From positions 3,461 to 67,460 of the forward strand of contig CAYODZ010000187.1 in assembly GCA_964402835.1 (NCBI GenBank): 64,000 nt of DNA, in the 5' to 3' direction. Below the pieces are notes generated by a model. The model saw only the letters and a list, made by a program, of their open reading frames with translations. It did no database searches and had not been told where the DNA came from. Positions 1 through 7,741 of this stretch are shown here, piece by piece (the stretch's first letter is position 1; each line of letters opens with the position of its first letter). The position numbers and the translations under genes are program-made. The DNA is from an uncultured Gammaproteobacteria bacterium. Its GTDB lineage: Bacteria; Pseudomonadota; Gammaproteobacteria; Natronospirales; JAIVGZ01.

Positions 1-8
1 TTGCTGGC

Positions 9-977
9 TCACAGAACCGTCTCTTCGAATCGGAGCGCTGCGCCCACTGCGGTCAGGCAACGCGCCTGCGTTGCCAGATCCGGCAGTGTCGCGCTCGGGA
101 AGAGCCGCATCAGGTCCAGGTCGTGCGTGCGCAGATTAAGGTTCGCTTCAAGATAACGCGTGAGGTAAGGCATCGGCGGCGCACACGGCGCGACCAGCAT
201 CTCACCGAGCGGGGGTAGCGCGAAGTGCGAGTCGTAGTAGTCGAGCGAGCGTTGAATCTCGAGCGTGACTTGCTCTAGCAGCGAAATGAGCGACTCGCCG
301 AAGTCGCCGTTGTCAGGGTCGCCGGATTGCGCCGCGCTGAACAAGTGGTTCGTGCCGATTTCGATGCGCCGCGAGAGATAAAGCTCGTCTTCCCGAACGA
401 GCAGAATGAGCCCGTAGTCGGCGCCGAACCAGAGCAGGCACGTGCCACGCCGGTCCTGGTCGGCCAACGCGGCAATGTTCCGTAGCGCGAGCTCCTCGAC
501 GTCAATCGCCGTGAGCTCGAGCCCGGCGTCTTCAATTTGGTCGATGCGCGATCGGACGCGCGCGCTACGCGCCGCGACAACATACATCATGCGTGCGCGA
601 CCGCGATCCTGGCCGGGTATTTCAACGACGTCGACGACGGCGTCGTCGATATGGAAATCAATCAAGTCTTTGATGCGCCAGCGGATTGCGGCGCGCAGTT
701 CGCTCGACTCCACGTCGGGCGCTTCGACGAGTAACAACTGGTAATCGCCGGCATTAAGTAGGGTGGTACATCGGGTGTTTGCCGACCCCGTTGCGGACAA
801 AGTCTCGCGCAACGCCTCGGCCGCGTTGCTGCCGTCGTGCGGGTGAAATTCGCAAGCCAGTAATTGAGCCCCGAGTGTCGGATCGGTGTGGATAGCGGCG
901 ATGCCGATACCGTCGTCGGCGAACGTAATCGCGGTCAGCGCATCACGACCCTTTTTGCGCTTGAATAGCTGGTACAG
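9..977 (-). CDS. mshI: MSHA-type (type IV) pilus biogenesis protein MshI-like
   Basis: ORF 9..812 has the MshI-like core (YQLLLVEAPDVESSELRAAIRWRIKDLIDFHIDD...). The same frame stays open upstream to 1007 and encodes a typical MshI N-terminus (LYQLFKRKKGRDALTAITFADDGIGIAAI), but it contains no ATG/GTG/TTG. A CTG at 975-977 lies 6 nt after a perfect AGGAGG, so I extend the gene to it. The family call is from remembered sequence patterns. Confidence 0.55.
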   Translation of the reverse strand: MYQLFKRKKGRDALTAITFADDGIGIAAIHTDPTLGAQLLACEFHPHDGSNAAEALRETLSATGSANTRCTTLLNAGDYQLLLVEAPDVESSELRAAIRWRIKDLIDFHIDDAVVDVVEIPGQDRGRARMMYVVAARSARVRSRIDQIEDAGLELTAIDVEELALRNIAALADQDRRGTCLLWFGADYGLILLVREDELYLSRRIEIGTNHLFSAAQSGDPDNGDFGESLISLLEQVTLEIQRSLDYYDSHFALPPLGEMLVAPCAPPMPYLTRYLEANLNLRTHDLDLMRLFPSATLPDLATQARCLTAVGAALRFEETVL

Positions 978-1119
978 AGCAAGCCTCCTGCGGATGCTCT
1001 CGTTCGGCTAACGCCGAGTCCCCACTCCCCACCGCCGCCCTAGTTCCCCAAGCGCCGGCCCCTATTGCTCCTTTATCCCAAAACAGACTACACAGGGTGT
1101 AAGGGCTTGTAAATAAAAG

Positions 1120-2091
1120 TTATCGGGCGGAATGGCAACCGACGGTCGCGCGACTGGCATCGAGCGAACCGATGAGTTCGGAGACGTGGTTCATGCGGTG
1201 GCGGGTCAGGTAGTCGGCGATGCCGGCGCTGATGCGGGTGCAGGCGAGGGGGTCATAGAACAAACCGGTGCCGACGCCGACCGTCGTCGCGCCCGCAATC
1301 AGGAATTCGAGCGCATCGTTCGCGGTCACGATGCCGCCCTGGCCGATGATCGGGATGCCGTGCGGTTTCGCGACTTGATACACCTGCCACACCTTCAAGA
1401 GTGCGACGGGTTTGATGGCGGGCCCAGACAGTCCGCCTTGTACGTTACCGATCACAGGGCGCCGCAATTCCGCGTCGATCGCCATCCCCGTCAGCGTGTT
1501 GATGACCGCGAGGCCATCGGTCCCGGCCTCGATGCAGCGTTGCGCGCTGTACGCGATGTCGGTCTGGTTCGGAGATAGCTTTGTAATCAATGGCTTACGT
1601 GTGGCCTTGCGACAGGCCTCGACGACACGCGCCGACATGTCGGGGTCGTTGCCGAACTGGACGCCGCCTTCTTTTACATTCGGACAGCTGATGTTGATCT
1701 CGATGGCGTCAATCGGCGAGTCGTCGAAGCGACGGGTGACCTCGATGTACTCGTCGATCGTTGAGCCCGAGACGTTCGCGATGAAGCGCGTCTCCGAAAA
1801 ATCGAGCGTCGGCAGAATCTTGTCGACGACGTGGGCCGCGCCGGGATTCTGCAGGCCAATCGCGTTCAGCATGCCCATCGGCGTTTCATAGACGCGGTGC
1901 GGTGGGTTGCCGAGGCGCGCGGCACCGGTCGTGCCCTTCAGGACGATGGCCCCGGCATGCGCGTTCGAGAAGCCCTCGACGCGCGTATACTCCTCGCCGA
2001 ATCCGACGCAGCCCGACAGCAACACAATCGGGTTCGTCAGTTTCAACCCGCAAAAGTCGGTCGCGAGCGGCGAGGCCTCGTTATGTTTCAT
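1120..2091 (-). CDS. pyrD: class 1 (1B-like) dihydroorotate dehydrogenase catalytic subunit
   Basis: ORF 1120..2262 trimmed to ATG 2091 ([32 protein letters not shown]), which is colinear with B. subtilis-type PyrD. Motifs: [19 protein letters not shown] (class 1 Cys loop), [22 protein letters not shown] lies 4 nt upstream of the ATG. There is no adjacent pyrK. Confidence 0.75.
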   Translation of the reverse strand: MKHNEASPLATDFCGLKLTNPIVLLSGCVGFGEEYTRVEGFSNAHAGAIVLKGTTGAARLGNPPHRVYETPMGMLNAIGLQNPGAAHVVDKILPTLDFSETRFIANVSGSTIDEYIEVTRRFDDSPIDAIEINISCPNVKEGGVQFGNDPDMSARVVEACRKATRKPLITKLSPNQTDIAYSAQRCIEAGTDGLAVINTLTGMAIDAELRRPVIGNVQGGLSGPAIKPVALLKVWQVYQVAKPHGIPIIGQGGIVTANDALEFLIAGATTVGVGTGLFYDPLACTRISAGIADYLTRHRMNHVSELIGSLDASRATVGCHSAR

Positions 2092-2547
2092 GTTGTCCTT
2101 TACCAACCGGAAATCCCCCCGAACACGGGCAATATCATACGCCTGTGCGCGAACACGGGCGCCGACTTGCACCTCGTCCATCCGCTCGGCTTCGAACTCG
2201 ATGAGCCGCGCTTGCGCCGTGCGGGTCTTGATTACCGGGAGTGGACCCGAATCCATGAGCATCGCGATCTCGCCGCGTGCATCGCAGCGCTCGGCGACCC
2301 GCGCGTGGTCGCGTTCTCGTCAAAGGGCGGGACGCCATTCCAGGAATTCAAATTCGCGCCGGGTGACGCGCTGCTGTTTGGCCCCGAAACGCGCGGCTTG
2401 CCAGATGCGGTGACCGCACCGCTGCCTCCATCGCAGGTGTTGCGCTTGCCGATGGTGGCCGGGAACCGGAGCTTGAATCTTTCCAATGCGGTGGCGGTCG
2501 CCGTCTACGAAGCCTGGCGCCAACACGGCTACTCGGGCAGCCTCTAA
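2083..2547 (+). CDS. trmL: tRNA (cytidine/uridine-2'-O)-methyltransferase TrmL (SpoU family)
   Basis: ORF 1831..2547 trimmed to ATG 2083. [26 protein letters not shown] is nearly identical to the E. coli TrmL N-terminus, and the C-terminus has [20 protein letters not shown] lies 7 nt upstream. Confidence 0.88.
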   Translation: MFHVVLYQPEIPPNTGNIIRLCANTGADLHLVHPLGFELDEPRLRRAGLDYREWTRIHEHRDLAACIAALGDPRVVAFSSKGGTPFQEFKFAPGDALLFGPETRGLPDAVTAPLPPSQVLRLPMVAGNRSLNLSNAVAVAVYEAWRQHGYSGSL

Positions 2548-2571
2548 TCCCCGCGGCCGCGACGCCTTGGC

Positions 2572-2818
2572 GGCGGCCTGCTACGACGGCCGGACCGAAC
2601 TCGCCGCTGCCGCTTCCCTCGACTGCGCGGCTGATTGACTGCTGCCTTGGGTGACCGGTTCTACCGCGGCAACTCTGTAAGGCGCTTTCGATTGAAGGGC
2701 TTACCCACGGTCGTCTCGGTCGCTCCCGGCGAGTTGTCCGTCCGCTCCGCTGGCCGGCTGAGGCATTGCTGCCAAGGTTGGCTGTGTCAGGTGGGAGCGA
2801 CGCTCCGCGTCGCGATTG
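2572..2818. repeat. copy A of a ~245-nt structured intergenic repeat (unknown family)
   Basis: Hand alignment to 48300-48545 gives about 90% identity in the same orientation, and the first ~105 nt differ at 2 positions. A 7-bp GC hairpin lies at 2797-2813. A long-range complement pairs 2591-2606 with 2727-2740. No coding potential is conserved. Confidence 0.8.
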
Positions 2819-2821
2819 GGG

Positions 2822-3817
2822 TCACTCGGCCTTAGGTTCGCGTGCCATCAGCGCCTGAAACGCGTCGCGCGGCGCGACGCCACCGTTCGCGACCGCATCG
2901 ACCTGCACGGCAATCGGCATCTCGATGCTGAGCTGCTGCGCGAGCCGCACGGTTTCAGCCGCTGCGCTGATGCCCTCGACGACTTGTCGGATTTCGCGTT
3001 CGGCGGTCGCGCGGTCGGCGCCACGGCCGAGTGCGAGGCCGAATCTTCGGTTGCGGGACTGATCGTCGGTACACGTGAGCACCAAGTCCCCGATGCCCGC
3101 GAGACCGAGAAAGGTCTCCTGCCGCCCACCGAGTGCGATCCCGAGTCGGACAATTTCCGATAGTCCGCGGGTGATCAGCGCGGCGCGTGCATTCGCGCCA
3201 AAGCCGAGCCCGTCCGACAGCCCCGCGGCGATGGCGAGGACGTTCTTCACGGCACCACCGACTTCGACACCGATGACGTCATCGCTGGAGTAAGTTCGGA
3301 AGCGTCCATGGTGTAAGGCTCGCGTCAGCGCGGATGCGAAATCCGCGTGCTTGGTCGCGGCGACAATCGCGGTCGGCAGGTCGGCGGCGACTTCGGCCGC
3401 GAACGTCGGTCCCGACAATACGGCGGTCGGTACCGAATCACCGAGAACTTCAGCGGCGACCGCGTGTGGCAGCGTTCCAGTGCCGGGTTCAAAGCCTTTG
3501 ACCGCGTAGGCGACGCGGGCGTCGGGCTGTAAGTGTGGTGCGATGCGTTCGAGCGTTTCGCGGAACGCATGCGACGGCACGGCGATGATGAAGTCGCGCA
3601 CACCAGTGCACGCAGCGTGAAGGTCCGCGGTCGGTTCGAGCGCGTCGGGAAAACGGGCGCCGGGTAGGTATCGCGCATTCTCGCGCGCCGTCGCCATCGC
3701 ACCCATCTGGACCGAGTCCCGGCCCCATAACCGGGTGTCGCCTGCCCTCGCGAGTTGCATCGCGAGCGCGGTGCCCCAAGAGCCCGCGCCGATGACCGCG
3801 ATCGGCGGGGTGGTCAG
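2822..3817 (-). CDS. gpsA: NAD(P)H-dependent glycerol-3-phosphate dehydrogenase
   Basis: ORF 2822..3760 has the GpsA core (SGPTFAAEV, GGAVKNVLAIAAG, TCTDDQSRNRRFG) but lacks the dinucleotide-binding N-terminus. That segment (IAVIGAGSWGTALA) is encoded in frame at 3761-3805. There is no in-frame ATG/GTG/TTG between the upstream stop (3902-3904) and 3760. CTG at 3815-3817 overlaps the secB stop as CTGA. The exact start is uncertain. Confidence 0.85.
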   Translation of the reverse strand: MTTPPIAVIGAGSWGTALAMQLARAGDTRLWGRDSVQMGAMATARENARYLPGARFPDALEPTADLHAACTGVRDFIIAVPSHAFRETLERIAPHLQPDARVAYAVKGFEPGTGTLPHAVAAEVLGDSVPTAVLSGPTFAAEVAADLPTAIVAATKHADFASALTRALHHGRFRTYSSDDVIGVEVGGAVKNVLAIAAGLSDGLGFGANARAALITRGLSEIVRLGIALGGRQETFLGLAGIGDLVLTCTDDQSRNRRFGLALGRGADRATAEREIRQVVEGISAAAETVRLAQQLSIEMPIAVQVDAVANGGVAPRDAFQALMAREPKAE

Positions 3818-4296
3818 TGGGCGCTGCCCGCCGTGGGGTCGGCCGGCGGCGTGATGCCTGCGCCGGCGGCCTTCGCCGCACGGTTCTGCTGGTAGAACTG
3901 CTCAAAGTTCACGAGCGGCAGCATCACCTGCGTAAAGCCGGCGTGCATCGACATGGTCGAAATCGCTTCGCGGGCGTACGGGTACAGCTGTGTTGGTGTC
4001 CACGCGCCGAGCAGGTGGTCGAGGTCGTCTCCCTCGACACCGGTGATGTGCAACAAGCCCGCCTGTTGAACCTCGATGAGGAACATTGTCTGCTCGCCCA
4101 TCATCGCCTTCGCGGACAGCGTCAAGGTGACCTCGTAATGATCGCTGTCGCCCTTACGGTGCGTGACGTTCACTTCGAGCTTGAACTGCGACTCGCCGGT
4201 CGCGGTGAAAATGCCCGGCGTGTTCGGCGACTCCAGCGACGCATCGCGCAAGTAAGTGCGCAACAGGTTTGCGGTTTGTTTCGGTGCTTCTGCCAT
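3814..4296 (-). CDS. secB: protein-export chaperone SecB
   Basis: ORF 3814..4365 trimmed to ATG 4296 (MAEAPKQTANLLRTYLRDASLESPN...), giving 160 aa. The grxC stop and secB start overlap as TGATG. The grxC-secB-gpsA order matches E. coli. Confidence 0.9.
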   Translation of the reverse strand: MAEAPKQTANLLRTYLRDASLESPNTPGIFTATGESQFKLEVNVTHRKGDSDHYEVTLTLSAKAMMGEQTMFLIEVQQAGLLHITGVEGDDLDHLLGAWTPTQLYPYAREAISTMSMHAGFTQVMLPLVNFEQFYQQNRAAKAAGAGITPPADPTAGSAH

Positions 4297-4562
4297 CACT
4301 TGCTTCCTTCGTTGATCAATGGGTCGAGCTTGCCCGCGCGTTCCAGCGCATACAAGTCGTCGCAACCCCCAATATGGTGGTCGCCGATAAAAATCTGCGG
4401 CACGGTGCGGCGGCCGCTGCGCTGCATCATTTCCTTACGCCGCTCGGGGTCGCTGTCGACGCGGACGTCTTCGAACGCGACGCCCTTCTGCTCGAACAAC
4501 TGCCGTGCGCGTGAGCAATAGCCGCAAAAACCGGTGCTGTAGATGGTGACAGCCGCTGTCAT
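4296..4562 (-). CDS. grxC: glutaredoxin 3
   Basis: 88 aa with active site CGYC and the motif TVPQIFIGDHHIGGCDDL. It sits between the rhodanese gene and secB. Confidence 0.9.
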   Translation of the reverse strand: MTAAVTIYSTGFCGYCSRARQLFEQKGVAFEDVRVDSDPERRKEMMQRSGRRTVPQIFIGDHHIGGCDDLYALERAGKLDPLINEGSK

Positions 4563-4975
4563 TTCGCCAGCGGCATGCCCGCCGACTGCCAGGCTGCGAG
4601 GCCGCCATTCAACTGATAGACGCGTTTGCAGCCGCCGCGCACCAACTGTGCCGCAACGCGCGCGGAGGTCGCGCCGTTTTCGTCGTAAACGATTAGCGCA
4701 CTGTCCGCATACTTCCCGAGGTCCTGATCGGCGATCGAGTCTGCCGGCAGGCTCACCGCGTTGATGATGCGTCCCTGCTTGTAAGCGTCACGCGGTCGGA
4801 CGTCGAGCACCACGGCATCATCGTGGTTGATGAGGCGCGGCGCGTCAGCGGCATCGACGCTCTGATAGCCGCGCGTTGCATTGCGCAGCTCGAACGCGAC
4901 AATCAGCCCGAGCAGCGCCGCAGCGGACGCCGTCAGGAACGGATGATTCGAAATGAACTCGAGATACTGGGACAT
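4559..4975 (-). CDS. yibN: membrane-anchored rhodanese-domain protein (YibN-like)
   Basis: ORF 4559..5152 trimmed to ATG 4975 (MSQYLEFISNHPFLTASAAALLGLIVAF...). It has an N-terminal TM helix followed by a rhodanese fold (VVLDVRPRDAYKQGRIINAVSLP). Its position upstream of grxC matches E. coli. Confidence 0.75.
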   Translation of the reverse strand: MSQYLEFISNHPFLTASAAALLGLIVAFELRNATRGYQSVDAADAPRLINHDDAVVLDVRPRDAYKQGRIINAVSLPADSIADQDLGKYADSALIVYDENGATSARVAAQLVRGGCKRVYQLNGGLAAWQSAGMPLAK

Positions 4976-4985
4976 TGGCCGGCAC

Positions 4986-5000
4986 ATTGTAATGTAAAAT
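4986..5000. promoter_or_regulatory. candidate overlapping divergent -10 elements (yibN / gpmI)
   Basis: This is the AT-rich core of a 31-nt divergent spacer. TAAAAT (4995-5000, + strand) ends 6 nt before the gpmI ATG. TACAAT (complement of 4986-4991) ends 10 nt before the yibN ATG. Neither gene has a Shine-Dalgarno sequence. Confidence 0.3.
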
Positions 5001-5006
5001 GCGCGC

Positions 5007-6548
5007 ATGCCGAACCGCCCCCGACCAATCGTCCTGGTCATCCTTGATGGCTGGGGCCACAGCGAAACCCTCGAACACAACGCCATCAAGGCCGCGAATA
5101 CGCCCTTTTGGCGCCAGTTGTGGCGCGATGCGCCGCACACACTCATCGACACCTCCGGCGATGCCGTTGGTCTCCCGGCCGGCCAAATGGGTAATTCCGA
5201 GGTCGGCCACCTGAATATCGGCTCTGGGCGTGTCGTTTACCAAGAGCTCACGCGCATCGGTTTGGCCATCGAAGACGGCACTTTTAACGATAATCCTGCG
5301 CTCGTTGCGGCCGTCGACGGCGCAACGAAGGCCGGTGGCGCGGTGCATGTGTTTGGGTTGCTGTCGCCCGGTGGCGTGCATAGCCATGAAGACCATCTTT
5401 TCGCGATGGTCGAGCTCGCGGCACGTCGCGGCGCGCAGCGCATCAACGTGCATGCGTTCCTCGATGGCCGTGATACACCGCCGCGAAGCGCACTCGAGTC
5501 GGTCGAGCGGCTCGAGGCCGTATGTTCCCGTTTCAATGGCGCGCGCATCGCATCGTTGTGTGGACGTTATTACGCGATGGACCGCGACAAGCGATGGGAC
5601 CGCGTGCGGCTTGCGTACGACATGCTGACGCTGGGCGTTGCGTCATACACCGCCCCGGATGCAGCCGCTGCGCTCTCCGCGGCGTATGCGCGCGACGAAT
5701 CCGATGAGTTCGTGAAGCCGACGCTCATCGGCGAGCCCGCGCCGGTCGTGGACGGCGACGCAGTGGTGTTCATGAATTTTCGGGCCGACCGCGCGCGCCA
5801 ATTGACGGCGGCATTCACGCAGCCCGCGTTCGATGGTTTCCAGCGCACGCGTTGCCCCGCGCTCGCGGCATTCGTCACGCTGACGGAATACCAGCAGGAC
5901 TTCGACTGTCCGGTTGCATATCCGCCAGCCGCGCTGTCGAACGTGCTCGGCGAGTACGCCGCAGCGAATGGCCTCCGGCAGTTGCGCATTGCGGAGACCG
6001 AGAAGTACGCGCATGTGACGTTCTTCTTCAACGGCGGGCGGGAAGACGAATTCGAGGGCGAAGACCGTGTGCTCGTGCCGTCACCGCGCGTCGCGACGTA
6101 CGACCTGAAGCCGGAAATGAGCGCGCCTGAGCTCACCGACCGCCTTTGCGATGCGATCCGATCGGGTACGTACGACCTCATTATTTGCAACTACGCGAAC
6201 GCGGACATGGTCGGCCATACCGGTGTGTTCGCAGCGGCGGTCGCGGCCGTTGAAGCCATCGACGCGAGCCTCGCACGCATTGCGGACGCGCTGAGCGAGG
6301 CGGGCGGCGAAATGTTGATTACCGCGGACCACGGCAACGTTGAGCAGTTGCACGATGCGGAAACTGGGCAAGCGCATACCGCGCATACGACCAATCTCGT
6401 GCCGCTTGTTTACTTCGGGGCGCGCGCCGTCGAGATGACGGGCACCGGCGTCCTCTCGGACGTTGCGCCGAGTCTGCTGGTGTTGCTGGGCATGCCACAG
6501 CCGAAAGAGATGACGGGTAAGGCGCTTCTGCGGGTCGTGAGTGGCTGA
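5007..6548 (+). CDS. gpmI: 2,3-bisphosphoglycerate-independent phosphoglycerate mutase
   Basis: 513 aa full-length match to the iPGM pattern ([26 protein letters not shown]). Confidence 0.95.
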   Translation: MPNRPRPIVLVILDGWGHSETLEHNAIKAANTPFWRQLWRDAPHTLIDTSGDAVGLPAGQMGNSEVGHLNIGSGRVVYQELTRIGLAIEDGTFNDNPALVAAVDGATKAGGAVHVFGLLSPGGVHSHEDHLFAMVELAARRGAQRINVHAFLDGRDTPPRSALESVERLEAVCSRFNGARIASLCGRYYAMDRDKRWDRVRLAYDMLTLGVASYTAPDAAAALSAAYARDESDEFVKPTLIGEPAPVVDGDAVVFMNFRADRARQLTAAFTQPAFDGFQRTRCPALAAFVTLTEYQQDFDCPVAYPPAALSNVLGEYAAANGLRQLRIAETEKYAHVTFFFNGGREDEFEGEDRVLVPSPRVATYDLKPEMSAPELTDRLCDAIRSGTYDLIICNYANADMVGHTGVFAAAVAAVEAIDASLARIADALSEAGGEMLITADHGNVEQLHDAETGQAHTAHTTNLVPLVYFGARAVEMTGTGVLSDVAPSLLVLLGMPQPKEMTGKALLRVVSG

Positions 6549-7728
6549 GCGGAAAAATCTTGGCGCGAAGGCGCCGCTCCGACACTTGCCGCTACTCGTG
6601 ATGCTGGTAATCCTCGGTTTGCCGTCGGCGGCGGGCGCGCAGTCCGACGAAGCGGCGCAGCGAGCGGCCGAGCTCGAGCAACTGCGCGAGCGCATCCAAT
6701 CGTTACGCTCGACGCTCGATGCCGACCTCGGCCGGCGCGATAATGCGCGCGCGGCACTGCGCGATAGCGAACAGACCGTTGCAAGGCACGCTGCAATTCT
6801 GCGGGATATCGAGCAACGGCTCGGCGACGGGCGCGCGCGGCTGCAAGCCATTGCAGCTAATCGTGCGCAGCGGACGCGCGAACTCGACCGCGAACAGGCA
6901 TCGCTCGCCGGCCAACTTCGCGCCGCGTACGCACTCGGCCGCCAGGAGCGTCTGAAGCTGATGCTGAACCAGCAGGATCCAGCTGCCGTCGGGCGGACGC
7001 TCGTTTATTACGATTATCTGAACCGCTCGCGCGTCGCACGCATCGACCGCGTTGCGGGCTTGCTTGAGGAGATTTCCGCGCTCGAAGTCCAGGCGGCAGC
7101 AGAGCAAGCCGCACTCGCCGCCGCGCAGAACGAGGAACGGCGTGCGCTTGACGCGTTTGCACGCACGCGCGATGAGCGCGCCGCAGTCATTGCGGCCATC
7201 GAACGCGAGGTACGCGACCGTGGGCAGCGGCTGCAGCGCTTGGAAGCCGATGAGCAGGCGTTATTGAAATTGCTCGAATCGCTTTCGAACTTGCTCGCTG
7301 ACGTGCCGGACGAGCTCGGCGCAGGCGGAGATTTCGCGGCACTCCGCGGTGGACTCGGCTGGCCCGCGCGCGGCGGCACGCTGACGCGGTTTGGTGAGCG
7401 CCGCGATGGTGCGCCGCGCTCCCGCGGAATGTTGATTGGCGCGCCGGCCGGCACCGACGTGCGTGCGATTGCGTATGGCCGCATCGCCTGGGCGGGCTGG
7501 ATGCCACACTATGGCAATCTACTCGTGCTCGATCACGGAAACGACTACTACACACTGTACGGACATAACCAGACGCTGTTGCGGGAAGTCGGAGAGTGGG
7601 TTCGTGCCGGCGATGTGATTGCACAAGTCGGCGACAGCGGCGGGCAGCCGCAGCCGGCGTTGTATTTCGAGCTCCGCAAAGGTCGTACACCACTGAACCC
7701 CCAGCAGTGGCTTGCGCGCGCGAACTGA
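6541..7728 (+). CDS. envC: murein hydrolase activator EnvC-like (coiled coil + M23/LytM domain)
   Basis: GTG start overlapping the gpmI end by 8 nt. It has a signal peptide ([18 protein letters not shown]), a long Q/E/R/A-rich coiled coil, and a C-terminal LytM domain ([16 protein letters not shown]...GDSGG). Its position after gpmI matches E. coli. Confidence 0.8.
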   Translation: MAERKNLGAKAPLRHLPLLVMLVILGLPSAAGAQSDEAAQRAAELEQLRERIQSLRSTLDADLGRRDNARAALRDSEQTVARHAAILRDIEQRLGDGRARLQAIAANRAQRTRELDREQASLAGQLRAAYALGRQERLKLMLNQQDPAAVGRTLVYYDYLNRSRVARIDRVAGLLEEISALEVQAAAEQAALAAAQNEERRALDAFARTRDERAAVIAAIEREVRDRGQRLQRLEADEQALLKLLESLSNLLADVPDELGAGGDFAALRGGLGWPARGGTLTRFGERRDGAPRSRGMLIGAPAGTDVRAIAYGRIAWAGWMPHYGNLLVLDHGNDYYTLYGHNQTLLREVGEWVRAGDVIAQVGDSGGQPQPALYFELRKGRTPLNPQQWLARAN

Positions 7729-7741
7729 TTAAGAGGCTGAC

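Noticed and set aside
2797-2813. The GC hairpins of the repeat (2797-2813 and 48524-48540) as intrinsic terminators of gpsA/trmL or mdh
   Set aside because: No U/T tract follows the stem on either strand, and the loop is only 3 nt. I kept it as a structural element of the repeat and did not call it a terminator.
2635-2835. Small ORFs starting MTAALGDRFYRGNS in both repeat copies (2635..2835 and 48363..48644), considered as a duplicated small protein
   Set aside because: The two peptides share only the first 14 residues. After that, nucleotide substitutions and a later 1-nt indel between the copies destroy the shared sequence. They use a TTG start with no SD. The conservation is at the nucleotide and structure level, not the protein level.
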